Shown: positions 46,652 to 56,673 of the stretch, one piece after another
Numbering within the stretch: the stretch's first letter is position 1
Layout of the letters: each line of letters starts with the position of its first letter
Assembly: GCA_035477595.1 (NCBI GenBank)
Contig: DATIKM010000071.1
Location: forward strand, 878 to 64,877
DNA: 64,000 bases
Reading direction: 5' to 3'
From: Chthonomonadales bacterium
GTDB taxonomy: Bacteria; Armatimonadota; Chthonomonadetes; Chthonomonadales; CAJBBX01
Made by a program: the position numbers and the translations under genes
The notes under the pieces: generated by a model
Database searches by the model: none
Seen by the model: the letters and a program-made list of their open reading frames with translations, nothing else
Told to the model about the DNA's origin: nothing

Positions 46652-47690
46652 CGGCCGTACCCCTTTGTACCACCGTGTGCCCTGCGTCGCGCAGCATGCG
46701 TTCTTGCTCCGCCATCCGGGTGTCGTGCTCCACCATCATCCGCACCAACTGGCCAAACCCCACGCGCGGCGCCCACCCAAGCTTCTCGCGAGCCCTCGAG
46801 GCGTCGCCACACAGGTGGTCGACCTCAGTCGGCCTCAGGTACCGCGCGTCGGTGCGCACGTACTGCTGCCAGTCGAGGCCTGCGCATCCGAACGCCTCGG
46901 CAAGCAGATCGCGCACGGAGTAGGCCTCGCCGGTAGCGACCACGTAGTCGTCAGGCCCTTGCTGCTGCAACATGAGCCACATAGCTTCGACGTAGTCGCC
47001 CGCAAACCCCCAGTCGCGGCGGGCGTCGAGGTTCCCCATGAACAGCTCGCGCTGAAGGCCTGCTCGAATGCGGCCGACAGCGCGCGTCACTTTGCGGGTA
47101 ACGAAGGTCTCTCCGCGCCGAGGGCTCTCGTGGTTGAAGAGGATGCCATTGCAGATGAACAGGCCATAGGCCTCGCGGTAGTTCACGGCATACCAGTGCG
47201 CGGCGCACTTGGCGACCGCATAGGGGCTGCGCGGACGGAACGGGGTCGTCTCGCTCTGCGGCGGGGGCGTCGCGCCGAACATCTCGGACGAGCCCGCCTG
47301 GTACAGCTTCAGTGGCCGGCCCGACCCCGCGACATGGTCACGAACTGCCTCCAGCAGCCTTAGGGTGCCCGTCGCCACGGCGTCGGCGGTGTACTCCGGC
47401 TGCTCGAACGAGACGCGCACATGCGACTGCGCGCCGAGGTTGTAGACCTCGTCGGGGGTGCACTGCTCCAGGATGCGACGCATGCCCGTGGCATCCGTGA
47501 GGTCGCCGTAGTGGAGCCGGAGACGGGCGTTCGGCGTATGCGGGTCCTCATAGATGTGGTCGATGCGGTCCGTGGTGAAGGTACTCGAGCGACGCACGAC
47601 GCCGTGGACCTCGTACCCCTTCGATAGAAGCAGCTCCGCCAGGTAGGACCCGTCCTGGCCTGTGACGCCTGTGATCAGTGCTCGTGGCAA
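46635..47690 (-). CDS. gmd: GDP-mannose 4,6-dehydratase
   Basis: [69 protein letters not shown] start at 47690, 9 nt after GAAGGGAG. Confidence 0.95.
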   Translation of the reverse strand: MPRALITGVTGQDGSYLAELLLSKGYEVHGVVRRSSTFTTDRIDHIYEDPHTPNARLRLHYGDLTDATGMRRILEQCTPDEVYNLGAQSHVRVSFEQPEYTADAVATGTLRLLEAVRDHVAGSGRPLKLYQAGSSEMFGATPPPQSETTPFRPRSPYAVAKCAAHWYAVNYREAYGLFICNGILFNHESPRRGETFVTRKVTRAVGRIRAGLQRELFMGNLDARRDWGFAGDYVEAMWLMLQQQGPDDYVVATGEAYSVRDLLAEAFGCAGLDWQQYVRTDARYLRPTEVDHLCGDASRAREKLGWAPRVGFGQLVRMMVEHDTRMAEQERMLRDAGHTVVQRGTADAAHI

Positions 47691-47917
47691 ACGTACATAC
47701 TCCCTTCAGCCAGCCGTCGCGAACTCCGTCCACTCGCGGCGTGGCGCCATCTCATGCGGCCAGTTTTGCGCTCGACAGAAGCACACGCGCAAGATGCGTG
47801 CCACCCCCGCCGAGCCAACTCGCGCACAACCGGCCACCGACGCAGCATCGGGTGGAGCCCGCTATCCTGGCTCACCCATGGTCGCTCCCCTCCCCCAACA
47901 GCCCTACCGCGTCGCCC

Positions 47918-50536
47918 TCAGACGGCGAGCGGCCGCCCCTCGACCTCCAGGGCGTCACCCGCCGTGAGCGCGGCCGGTTGCGGCAGACGCACCGTCCCCA
48001 TGCTCGCGGTCGCCCGCGCATATGGACCCGGGCCGACGATGGTCACGTCGCCGTCGGCGACCGGAAGGCTGAGCGCCTCAACCGTGATGTCTCCCCACAG
48101 AACGCGCAGCGACGCAGTGTAACGGCCGCCATCGATGCGCTGGCAGAACTCACCCCATGCTGTCCCCGCGGCGAAGAAGCACTGGAACGCATGCTGGCGC
48201 GTGCGCGGGGAAAACGCGATGCGGCGCGCTGGTGCGCTGTACTCGCAGCCGGACAGCGCCAGCAGGAGACTCCACGAGGACATTGCGCGCGCGTAGTGGT
48301 GGCCGCACTCGAACTCGTTCCAAGGGTTTCGCTTCGCTCCGTCGTGGCGGTCGCGCGCGGCCGTGGCCACCCGAATCCCCTCCTCCACGAGGCCCTCGTA
48401 GATCAGGTGGGCGGCAACCTGGTACTCGATGCCGGTCCACACCTCGTCGGCATACGGGAACGGGTAGGCAGGCCGGCCGCCGCGGGGCCACGAGCAGAGC
48501 AGCAGGCCGGCTTCGTCGTTGATGGCATAAACCCGCTGCACGCTGTGGTGAGCGCTGAGATCCGCTCGAAAGTTGTGCCGATAGATGGCTTCGATGGCAG
48601 AACGGACCCTATCCCCTGGCAGCAGATCGCCAAGGCCAACCACCCGGGCAAACCACTGGCCGAGCAGGTGGTCAGACAGACACCCGGGGCCGTACTGATA
48701 CCGCGGCTCAGCGTCGCCCGCCTGGAGCGATGCAGGCGCACCCGCCCCCACGCCCGGCGTCTCGCTGCCTGGGCCAGGAGCGATCACCTGCTGCTCGTAG
48801 TACTCGCCATTCCAGAGCAGGTCATCGAGCTTCCGGCGGCCGCTCTCGAACACGGTGCGGTACGACGTGGCGGCGCCCACATCCCCGAGCGCCAGCGCCA
48901 TCTCCTCCGCGGCGCGCAGCGCGCCGAGGTAGAAGGTCCCCATCATCGTGTTGGGACCGTAGAACTCGATGTCATAGGTGTTGTGCTGCTCGCCCTCCAT
49001 GACGCCGTCCCGGTCGCCGTCCCACCCCTTAGGACTCCAGGCGTACTCCAGTGCGCGGCGCACCCCCGGCCACATCTCGCCAAGGAACTCCAGGTCGCCG
49101 CTCTGCTGCCATTCGCGGTAGACCTTCATCACGGTGCCCATCTGCCCGTCTGCCGCTGGCTTGAACGCCCACAGCTCGCCCACGAGAGGCAGTAGCGTGC
49201 GAAACGCCTGGTAGCCGTCGGCCCGCGTGTTGTGGGCGAAGTCGGTACGGCGCACCGAGCGCTCCAGCGCCGGGTAGAGGTAGGCAACCGTCTGCTCGTA
49301 GTTCCAGACGTGCGTGCAGTTCATCGGACAGCACCCGCTGTGGTCGTGGCATCCCTCGAAACCGTGGAAGCTGCCGTCCTCCAGTCGCAGGCAAGTCGTC
49401 GTCCGGATGATGGACGCGTTCGCGGACACCGCGTCGAGGACGGGCTCAGGGAGTGTGCCGGCGAAGAACGCGTCGCTGAACAGGCGGGTCTGGCCAATCA
49501 GGGCGTCGCGGTGGTCGCTCAGATGAGTGGCAACGGCCCACGCGTCCGACCAGCGCATGGCGTACCACGGGCGGAGGCGCTTGCCGCGCACCGCCTCCTC
49601 GCGGTTCCAGTCATTGACGAAGTTGGGCACGTGCCAGGAGAGGATGAACGGAGCTCGCACGGTCTCGCCGGGGCCGACCGTCAGACGCACGCCGAGCGAG
49701 GCCACGTCGGTCTGGCCCTCGGGCGACGGCTCGGGGTCCGGGCCGTCTGGAAGGCATCCATCCGACGCGAAGTCGTCCCAGAACGACTGGACATCGTCCC
49801 ACCACCCGGCCCGTTCCCATCGCGCCCGCCACGTGACTTCCTCGCAGGGAGTGGCCATGGCGAGCGTCGCCGACCTTGGGTCGTCGGCTCCGTAGCGCTC
49901 CGTGCTCATGCGGATGCCGGCGAGGCCGGACTCGCGCACGAACTCGTTGCGGTTACGGCCCAGGCTACCGTGGTGGCGGCCGCCAAGCGTCTCGGTCCCG
50001 TCCAGGCCGCACGGGTTCAGCAGGCTCAGGCAGACCGTTGCCACCACCGGCACGCGCCCAGGGTTGGACAGGGACCACTCGAGCCAGGCCGCAGGGAGCC
50101 CGCTTGCCTCCTCATCCATCGGCACGAACGGGTTGAGCGCCTCGAGGGAGACCTGCAGCGGGAGGTCCGGGTCCTCGAACTCGATGCGCGCCTCGGGGTA
50201 CGCTCCCGTGAAGCGGGCCTCGCGCAGGCGTGGCAGCCCGCTGACCCACGCGGTCGGCGGACCCGACGGCCCATCGAACGGCGGCAGGAGCTGTCTCTCG
50301 AGCACGCGGGCGACGGGCGGAGCCCCTTGCGCACGCGCCCAGAGCGCGAAGAAGGTGTACGGGAGGATGCTGCCTTTTGCCGGCCGGTTGAAGATCTCCC
50401 AGTCGCGGAGGTTCCCGCGTCCTCCAAGGGAGACGGTACCTGTCCCGATCCCTCCAAGCGGGAAGGCGACGGTACGCAGTGCATCACCCTCGAACGTGCG
50501 CATGCGCGCGAAGCCGGGCCTGCACGTCGGCGGCAT
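47918..50536 (-). CDS. GH116 family beta-glucosidase (GBA2-type non-lysosomal glucosylceramidase homolog)
   Basis: The N-terminal signature AFPLGGIGTGTVSLGGRGNLRDWEIFNRP and the large (alpha/alpha)6 C-domain (DGSFHGFEGCHDHSGCCPMNCTHVWNYEQ) match GH116 N-terminal plus DUF608. ATG 50536 lies 7 nt after GGAGG. Confidence 0.8.
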   Translation of the reverse strand: MPPTCRPGFARMRTFEGDALRTVAFPLGGIGTGTVSLGGRGNLRDWEIFNRPAKGSILPYTFFALWARAQGAPPVARVLERQLLPPFDGPSGPPTAWVSGLPRLREARFTGAYPEARIEFEDPDLPLQVSLEALNPFVPMDEEASGLPAAWLEWSLSNPGRVPVVATVCLSLLNPCGLDGTETLGGRHHGSLGRNRNEFVRESGLAGIRMSTERYGADDPRSATLAMATPCEEVTWRARWERAGWWDDVQSFWDDFASDGCLPDGPDPEPSPEGQTDVASLGVRLTVGPGETVRAPFILSWHVPNFVNDWNREEAVRGKRLRPWYAMRWSDAWAVATHLSDHRDALIGQTRLFSDAFFAGTLPEPVLDAVSANASIIRTTTCLRLEDGSFHGFEGCHDHSGCCPMNCTHVWNYEQTVAYLYPALERSVRRTDFAHNTRADGYQAFRTLLPLVGELWAFKPAADGQMGTVMKVYREWQQSGDLEFLGEMWPGVRRALEYAWSPKGWDGDRDGVMEGEQHNTYDIEFYGPNTMMGTFYLGALRAAEEMALALGDVGAATSYRTVFESGRRKLDDLLWNGEYYEQQVIAPGPGSETPGVGAGAPASLQAGDAEPRYQYGPGCLSDHLLGQWFARVVGLGDLLPGDRVRSAIEAIYRHNFRADLSAHHSVQRVYAINDEAGLLLCSWPRGGRPAYPFPYADEVWTGIEYQVAAHLIYEGLVEEGIRVATAARDRHDGAKRNPWNEFECGHHYARAMSSWSLLLALSGCEYSAPARRIAFSPRTRQHAFQCFFAAGTAWGEFCQRIDGGRYTASLRVLWGDITVEALSLPVADGDVTIVGPGPYARATASMGTVRLPQPAALTAGDALEVEGRPLAV

Positions 50537-50690
50537 CTTCTCACCTCCACGGTAGTGCGCACCGTTGGGCGCGCCCGGTCGAACGGTCTGCTGGCCTATT
50601 CGCCGCAGCTCGTGCCACTCCTTCGCCCCGGTCGGTTTCACGGCAGGAACCTCGCCATCCTACTCGCAATGTTCCAGGCACGGAGGATTG

Positions 50691-51437
50691 ATGATGGCTC
50701 GCGACAACTCGTGGATGACCTTTTTCGACGCACATGCTCCGCGCTACCTGGAGAACGTGTTCACCTACGCAACCCAGGCCGAGGCGTGCTTCCTGGTGGA
50801 GGAGCTCGCCCTTGCCCCCGGCGCGCGAATCCTCGACCTCGGATGCGGGGTAGGCAGGCATGCGGTCGAGCTTGCCCTCCGGGGCTATCGGGTGACGGGG
50901 GTCGACCTCTCCGAGGGAATGCTGGCGGTGGCTCGACGCCGCGCCAGCGAGGCCGGAGTGGAGGTAGAGTGGGTGCGCGCTGACGCATGCCGCTATAGAG
51001 CAGCCGAGCCGTTCGACGGAGCCGTCTGCCTGTGCGAGGGCGCCTTCGGGCTGCTGTCCGAGGGCGACGACCCCGCCCGGCGCGACCTGCGCATTCTGCG
51101 GCGCCTGCGCTACGCGCTGCGTCCCGGCGCGGTCCTCGTGCTCAACTGCCTCCACGCGGGCGCGCCGTACCGTCGCCACACCGCGGAGGAGGTCGCTCAG
51201 GGCATCTTCGACCCCACGACCCTCGTGGAGCGATGCGAGATCGAGGCCGACACGCTCGACGGTAAGATCAGGTTCACCGGGCGGGAGCGCTCCTACACGG
51301 CGCCCGAGATCCGCCTGCTGATGCAGCTGGCGGGCTTCCGTGTGCGCTCGGTATGGGGCGGCCCGGCGGGCGGCTGGAGGCGGGCCCCGCTGGCCCTCGA
51401 CGACATCGAGATCATGCTGGTCGCCACTCGCCGCTGA
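50691..51437 (+). CDS. class I SAM-dependent methyltransferase
   Basis: Motif I ILDLGCGVGRHAVELA. Post-I VTGVDLSEGML. LRPGAVLVLN. ATG 50691/50694 follows GGAGG. Confidence 0.75.
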   Translation: MMARDNSWMTFFDAHAPRYLENVFTYATQAEACFLVEELALAPGARILDLGCGVGRHAVELALRGYRVTGVDLSEGMLAVARRRASEAGVEVEWVRADACRYRAAEPFDGAVCLCEGAFGLLSEGDDPARRDLRILRRLRYALRPGAVLVLNCLHAGAPYRRHTAEEVAQGIFDPTTLVERCEIEADTLDGKIRFTGRERSYTAPEIRLLMQLAGFRVRSVWGGPAGGWRRAPLALDDIEIMLVATRR

Positions 51438-51449
51438 CGGGCTGATCGG

Positions 51450-52160
51450 TCAGGGCGCCTCGAACAGCGAGTCTGGAAGGCCCTGGTTCACCCTGAGATC
51501 CGTGTAGGAGAGGACGCCGGCCAGCGCGCCATCGGGGCTCCGGATCTCGATCCGCGTGGGCAGCCAGATGCCCGGCTCCACCTCTCTGAGCGCCTGGTAC
51601 CGGAAGGTGGCCCTGATGGCGCCGTCGGCCGCCATCCACTCGCGCCTCGCGATGAGGTTAGTGCGAGGGTCGACCCACACGCGGTGGCGTGAACCCTCCT
51701 CTGCACTCCAGGCAACCTCGAAGACGTAGGTCTCGGCGCCCTCAAGTGCCTCGTTGCGCAGGAACCGGACCTGCGCTGCCTCCACGTCGGTGGGCGTCAA
51801 CAGCCCCAGGTCGAACGCCCAGCGCCGGCGCTGGGCCGGCGGTATCGATGGCTCTCTGCGCTGGAGGCTCAGCCTCGGGACGCGGAAGAAACGCGTGTAC
51901 CCGTTGTAGAGAAGGACCCCCACGGGGCTCTCCATCCGAAGCTTGTCCGGGTCGCGGTAGGACATCCGCACGTCGCGCAGGCGGTGCGCGATGGCGAAGT
52001 CACGGCTGATACGCTCGAGGGCGACGCCATCGGCCTTCTCCACTGTGAGTGTTGCCGTCAGGTCGCGCACTCGTTGGGACGCGTGCGCTCGCAGATCGGC
52101 CGCGCCTGCGCCAGCGCCAAAGGAGCACAGGGCGACGGCGGATGCCGCCAGCCGCAGCAT
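51450..52160 (-). CDS. LolA-like / outer-membrane lipoprotein-sorting fold protein (secreted)
   Basis: Signal MLRLAASAVALCSFGAGAGA. Beta-rich repeats with DLTATLTVEK...VRMSYRDPDKLRMES...YVFEVAW...VWVDPRTNLIAR resemble LolA/DUF4292-type proteins. The assignment is from memory and tentative. Confidence 0.45.
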   Translation of the reverse strand: MLRLAASAVALCSFGAGAGAADLRAHASQRVRDLTATLTVEKADGVALERISRDFAIAHRLRDVRMSYRDPDKLRMESPVGVLLYNGYTRFFRVPRLSLQRREPSIPPAQRRRWAFDLGLLTPTDVEAAQVRFLRNEALEGAETYVFEVAWSAEEGSRHRVWVDPRTNLIARREWMAADGAIRATFRYQALREVEPGIWLPTRIEIRSPDGALAGVLSYTDLRVNQGLPDSLFEAP

Positions 52161-52221
52161 CGCGGGGGTTGGCAAGACAGCCTCCAGACGGGTCCTCGAT
52201 GGGTACTGGCGAGCGACCACT

Positions 52222-52251
52222 TTGACGCTCCCAGTCCGGTTGCGCTATACT
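52222..52251 (+). promoter_or_regulatory. sigma-70-type promoter TTGACG-N18-TATACT for the homocysteine methyltransferase/MTHFR gene
   Basis: -35 at 52222-52227, -10 at 52246-52251. ~44-nt leader with GGAG before ATG 52302. Confidence 0.5.
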
Positions 52252-52301
52252 GCCGCCTGCCCCGATCGTGTGTGCCGAGCGGTCGCGCCCGGAGATCCTC
52301 A

Positions 52302-54152
52302 ATGCTCAGTGCGCCAGAGCTGCGTGAACGACTGCGGAACGCTGTCATGGTGGCCGACGGCGCGATGGGCACAGTCCTCCAGACGCGTGGGATCGCTCAG
52401 CCCTACGAGCTGCTGAACGTGACGAGCCCCGAACTGGTCGAGCTGGTGCACCGCAGCTATGCAGCCGCGGGCGCCTCGGTCATCGAGACGCACACGTTCG
52501 GCGCCAACCGAGTGAAACTGAGCGCCTTTGCGCTCGAGTCCCGGACCTCGGAAATCAATGCCGCTGCGGTGCGCGTCGCTCGCCGCGCGGCGGAGGGGAC
52601 AGGCGCCCTGGTTGCGGGCTCCATCGGGCCCTGCGGCAAGGCGCTCGCACCGGTGGGCGCCATCGCCCCTCGTCTGGCCGAGCAGGCCTTTCGCGAGCAG
52701 GCAGAAGCCCTTCTGACCGAGGGCGTCGACTTCCTGCTACTGGAGACGTTCAACGACCTGGACGAGTTGCGCATCGCTCACGCAGTCGCGCGCTCACTGG
52801 CGGATGTGGCGCTCGTGGCACAGAAGGTCTTCATCGAGGACGGCGATACGCTGACAGCAGGCCTTCCGGCGCGGTTCGCCGCGGAGGTCGGCGCATGGGA
52901 GGGCGTGGCGGCCGTCGGAGCGAACTGCGCGATCGGCCCGCAGCGCATGGTGGAAGTCGTGCGCCAGATGGCCGCCGCGACAGACACGCCCGTCTCCGCC
53001 ATGCCCACGCCCGGTCTGCCGCAACGGGTAGGCGCGGAGGTCCGCTACGCGGTGACGCCCGCCTACTTCGGCGAGATCGCGCCACGCCTCGTGGCGGCCG
53101 GAGCGTCTCTTGTGGGCGGCTGCTGCGGCACTGGCCCCGAGCACATTGCGGCCATCGCCCGGTCGCTCCGCTCCATCGCTCCGCGCCCCCGACAGACGCC
53201 CCCGAGATCGGTGCTCGTGGTGGACCGCGAGCCGGCGGCGGAGGCGCCCACGCAGCCGCTGTCGGCGTTTCGGGCGAAGCTCGGCGTCCAGTACGTCGCC
53301 GCTGTTGAACTTGACATCCCTCGCGGGCTCGACGTGGACAGGGTCTTGGCTGGCGCCAGGGCGCTCCGAGCGGCCGGCATCGACATCATTGACATCTCCG
53401 ATGGCGCGCGCGCCCGCCTCAGGATGGCGCCCGTGGCTGTCGCGCACCGCGTGCAGACCGAGGCGGGCATCGACGTGATGATGCACTTCGCCTGTCGGGA
53501 TCGCAACCTGCTGGCCGTGCAGGCCGATCTCCTTGCCGCTCACGCTCTCGGTGTGCGTCACATACTGGCGGTGACGGGCGACCCCGCCAACATCGGCGAC
53601 TACCCGTCGGCCACTTCGGTCTACGACATCGACTCCATCGGCCTCGTCCGGGTACTGCGGCGCTTCAACGAAGGCCTCGACCTCGCGGGCAACAGCATCG
53701 GCAGCCCTACCTCCTTCACCATCGCCGCCGCGTTCGACCCGCTCGCGCCTGACCTCGCTGACGAGCGCGACAGGCTGGCGCGCAAGGTGCAGGAAGGCAC
53801 CCACGTGGTCTACACGCAGCCCATCTTCGAACGTGCGGTGCTGGACGTCGCGGTCGAGTCGGCGGCGCGCGAGGGGGTGCCCCTGCTGTTCGGGCTGCTG
53901 CCGCTGCGCAGCGCGCGCCACTGCGAGTTCATGCACAACGAGGTGCCGGGCATCCGCATCCCGGAGCGGATACGCCAGCGCATCGCGGAGTTGTCCGAGG
54001 AAGGTGCGCGGCGCTACGGCATCGATGAGGCTCGCGAGCTTCTCGCTGTCGCGCGAGACAGCACGGCGGGCGTATACCTGATGCCACCATTCGGCAACCA
54101 CCGGGTTGCCGAGGCTGTGCTGCGCGGCATACTGCCTCCGAAGACGCCCTGA
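52302..54152 (+). CDS. bifunctional homocysteine S-methyltransferase / 5,10-methylenetetrahydrofolate reductase (YitJ-like)
   Basis: N-domain: VADGAMGTVLQ, GANCAIGP, GGCCGTGPEHI (Zn-Cys motifs of Pfam S-methyl_trans). C-domain: MTHFR-like barrel (IIDISDGARA, MHFACRDRN, HILAVTGDP, VYTQPIF). Start ATG 52302. The 722-aa track ORF over-extends. Confidence 0.85.
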   Translation: MLSAPELRERLRNAVMVADGAMGTVLQTRGIAQPYELLNVTSPELVELVHRSYAAAGASVIETHTFGANRVKLSAFALESRTSEINAAAVRVARRAAEGTGALVAGSIGPCGKALAPVGAIAPRLAEQAFREQAEALLTEGVDFLLLETFNDLDELRIAHAVARSLADVALVAQKVFIEDGDTLTAGLPARFAAEVGAWEGVAAVGANCAIGPQRMVEVVRQMAAATDTPVSAMPTPGLPQRVGAEVRYAVTPAYFGEIAPRLVAAGASLVGGCCGTGPEHIAAIARSLRSIAPRPRQTPPRSVLVVDREPAAEAPTQPLSAFRAKLGVQYVAAVELDIPRGLDVDRVLAGARALRAAGIDIIDISDGARARLRMAPVAVAHRVQTEAGIDVMMHFACRDRNLLAVQADLLAAHALGVRHILAVTGDPANIGDYPSATSVYDIDSIGLVRVLRRFNEGLDLAGNSIGSPTSFTIAAAFDPLAPDLADERDRLARKVQEGTHVVYTQPIFERAVLDVAVESAAREGVPLLFGLLPLRSARHCEFMHNEVPGIRIPERIRQRIAELSEEGARRYGIDEARELLAVARDSTAGVYLMPPFGNHRVAEAVLRGILPPKTP

Positions 54153-54212
54153 GTGCGTTTGGCGTTTGTCCTGCGCGCCGTCCCGCGACCCGCCCTTCTG
54201 CGAGCGCTGAGG

Positions 54213-54218
54213 TACAAT
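54213..54218 (+). promoter_or_regulatory. possible -10 element TACAAT upstream of ndk
   Basis: TACAAT lies 61 nt before ATG 54280. No clear -35. Confidence 0.25.
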
Positions 54219-54279
54219 GCGGCGCGTGCCGACCGGCGCCTGCCCGGTGGGCGCCAGCTGCACTACGGAGGCCCCGCAC

Positions 54280-54696
54280 ATGGAGCGGACGTTCGTCATG
54301 GTGAAACCCGACGCGGTCCAGCGGCGCCTCGTCGGCGAGATCGTGGCCCGGTTCGAGAGGCGGGGGCTCCGGCTCGCCGCGATGCGCATGCTGACGCCGT
54401 CGCGCAGCCTGGCGCAGGAGCACTACGCGGTGCACCGCGGCAAACCGTTCTATGAAGATCTAGTGGACTTCGTCACAAGCGGTCCGGTCGTCGCGATGGT
54501 TTGGGAGGGAAACCAGGCCGTCCGGCTCGTGCGCCAGATGATGGGTGCGCTAGCGCCCGAGGAGGCGCTGCCTGGTACCATCCGGGGCGACTACACGACC
54601 GACAGGCAGCGCAACCTGGTGCACGGCTCCGACTCGCCGGAGACGGCGAGCGCTGAGGTCGCTCTTTGGTTCGCGTCCGAGGAAGTGCAGCCGTGA
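54280..54696 (+). CDS. ndk: nucleoside-diphosphate kinase
   Basis: MERTFVMVKPDAVQRRLVGEI..FE.RG, HY..H..KPFY..L..F..SGPVVAMVWEG, GTIRGD and the active-site NLVHGSDS. ATG lies 9 nt after GGAGG. Confidence 0.95.
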   Translation: MERTFVMVKPDAVQRRLVGEIVARFERRGLRLAAMRMLTPSRSLAQEHYAVHRGKPFYEDLVDFVTSGPVVAMVWEGNQAVRLVRQMMGALAPEEALPGTIRGDYTTDRQRNLVHGSDSPETASAEVALWFASEEVQP

Positions 54697-54856
54697 CCGC
54701 TCCAGCTCGGGGAGCGTGCATACGATCGCGGCCGAGCTGCTGGGTGCGCCCGGATGGGATGATGGCGTGCGAACTCACCCGCTCAGGACTGGCCTCTCTC
54801 GCACGACCGCACCCCGACCTATCCAGTTCGCAGAACGCTTCTTAAGGGGGATCGAC

Positions 54857-55273
54857 ATGCCGTCCACGGGCCCGAACGGGCTTGGCTTCCACCACGTCGC
54901 CATGAAGGTCGCCGACCTGGAGGCGTCGGTGCGGTTCTACGTTAGCGGCCTCGGTATGGCGCAGGTCTACTCGTGGGGTGAGGGTGACCAGCGAGCCGCG
55001 GTCCTCGACATGGGCGATGGTGGAATGATCGAGATCTTCGCCGGAGGTTCCGGGGACGCAGCGGGCCGTCCCGAGGGCGCACTGCTGCATCTGGCCCTTC
55101 GCGCCCACGACACAGACGAGTCCTTCCGCAGGGCGCTGATGGCCGGCGCCAAGCCCACCATGGACCCCACCGATGTGACGATCGATGGCACTCCACCGAA
55201 GAAGGTCCGGATCGCCTTCTGCAAAGGCCCGGACGGAGAGGTACTCGAGTTCTTCCAGAGCGACGACCTGTAG
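54857..55273 (+). CDS. VOC family protein (glyoxalase/bleomycin-resistance/dioxygenase fold)
   Basis: GFHHVAMKVADLEASVRFY...LGM, IEIF, LHLALR and EFFQ give the two beta-alpha-beta-beta-beta modules with His/Glu metal ligands. ATG 54857 follows AAGGGGG. Confidence 0.8.
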   Translation: MPSTGPNGLGFHHVAMKVADLEASVRFYVSGLGMAQVYSWGEGDQRAAVLDMGDGGMIEIFAGGSGDAAGRPEGALLHLALRAHDTDESFRRALMAGAKPTMDPTDVTIDGTPPKKVRIAFCKGPDGEVLEFFQSDDL

Positions 55274-55400
55274 GTCGGCGTCCAGCTACACGGACCGGCC
55301 TCCCCGGGCAGCAAGCGGCGCGGATGCCCTCGCACCGGCAGCGGTGAACGCGAGCCGCCACGGACCGTTAGTCACGGCAGGGCGGCGAGGAGGCTCCCGG

Positions 55401-56540
55401 TCAGGCGCAGCTCACGATCTCCACCCCGTCGGCCTCGAAGGTTCCCACGAGCTGCGCGGAAAGCCACTGGAGGCCAGGGCGCACCGACGCGGGAAAGCCG
55501 ACCTCGATGACGACAGTCGTGCTGTTGTCGGCGGACATAAGGTCCCGGGTCGACAGGCCTCCCACCACGAACGCGCCTGCGCCGGCACGGTGCGCGTCCC
55601 AGAAGAGACCATCGCTGTGGCCGCTGGCGACCGCCATGGAGCCGATGGCGAACTCCGGTCGGTGGGAGCACCTGACCGACTGCACCTCGAGGCCGTCCTG
55701 CACCTGCGCAAGCACCGTGTCCAGCGATACCTTCAGCGGCAACTCGCCGAACCGCCCTCGGCCGTAGGCGAGGCCTGGGTTGCGCACAGGAATGACGTCG
55801 TACGCCACCTCCTCGTACGGATGCGCCTCGATGACGGCAGCGATTACGCCGGAAAGCTCCCGCTGGGGCACTACCATCTCGAGGCGGACCTCATCGACGC
55901 GCTCCAACCTGCCGACCTCGCCGACCGAAGGCCGAGCGCCCTGCCCGCCGCGGAACGTGCCAGTGCCGCGGGTCTGGAACGAGCACTCCGTGTAGTTGCC
56001 GATGCGGCCGGCGCCTGCCTCCGAGGCAGCAGCGAGGACCACGTCGACAGCCGTCTGCGGGGTGAAGACCGCGATCTTGAGTAGCGGCTCGTAGGTGGAG
56101 GGCTTCAGCGGCGTGGTACCCGCCAGGCCCAGCTTCTCGGCGAGGCAGTCGTCGAACCCTCCGGGGGCCGCCGCATAGCTGTTGGCCAGGCAGTAGAGCG
56201 CGATGCGGTGCTCAATGAGGTAGGCGAGCTTGCTCCCGATCGGGTCGTCTCGCCGGACCGCCATCAGCGGCTCGAAGAGGAGAGGCGCCGCCGTCACGAG
56301 GATCGCGTTCTTACGCGATGCGGCGGTCGACATGGAGGGGAACGACACCATCGGCGCAACGACGATGGCGCCGACTTCCGCCGTCGGCGCGCCGACCTGC
56401 AGACCGTAGGGTTCTTCCGGAACCGACAGCGCGGGCGGCGCCAGATATTCCAGGAAGTCGATTACCTCGGCGGTGCTCACGGGCCGCCTGCGGCCCCTCT
56501 TGCGCCGCTCCTCCGATGTTCCCCCGTGTCCACGGATCAT
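55401..56540 (-). CDS. Nif3-like dinuclear metal centre protein (YqfO/YbgI family) with PII-like insert
   Basis: YGLQVG, LVTAAPLLFEPL, LYCLANSYAAAPGG, the inserted domain KIAVFTPQ...AGAGRIGNYTECSF...GEVGRLERVDEVRLEMV, and C-terminal AFVVGGLS. Start ATG 56540 is tentative. Confidence 0.8.
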   Translation of the reverse strand: MIRGHGGTSEERRKRGRRRPVSTAEVIDFLEYLAPPALSVPEEPYGLQVGAPTAEVGAIVVAPMVSFPSMSTAASRKNAILVTAAPLLFEPLMAVRRDDPIGSKLAYLIEHRIALYCLANSYAAAPGGFDDCLAEKLGLAGTTPLKPSTYEPLLKIAVFTPQTAVDVVLAAASEAGAGRIGNYTECSFQTRGTGTFRGGQGARPSVGEVGRLERVDEVRLEMVVPQRELSGVIAAVIEAHPYEEVAYDVIPVRNPGLAYGRGRFGELPLKVSLDTVLAQVQDGLEVQSVRCSHRPEFAIGSMAVASGHSDGLFWDAHRAGAGAFVVGGLSTRDLMSADNSTTVVIEVGFPASVRPGLQWLSAQLVGTFEADGVEIVSCA

Positions 56541-56673
56541 TTGGCGCCTCTCACGAACACCGGACCGTACCGGGTTCGCACGGGCGCTTGCCACGCCGCG
56601 TCCCGGTTGCCGATTATAGCGAGCGGCTGCGACTCCCGTCAAACGCGCGGTGAAGCGGTCGGTCGCCGACCCC

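Noticed and set aside
51984-52301. N-terminal 106 codons of the 722-aa track ORF for the methyltransferase/MTHFR fusion.
   Set aside because: This stretch overlaps the LolA-like gene on the other strand and contains the TTGACG-N18-TATACT promoter. Homology to homocysteine S-methyltransferase starts right at ATG 52302.
52252-52301. Looked for a SAM or cobalamin riboswitch upstream of the homocysteine methyltransferase/MTHFR gene.
   Set aside because: The predicted leader is only ~44 nt, too short for either aptamer class.
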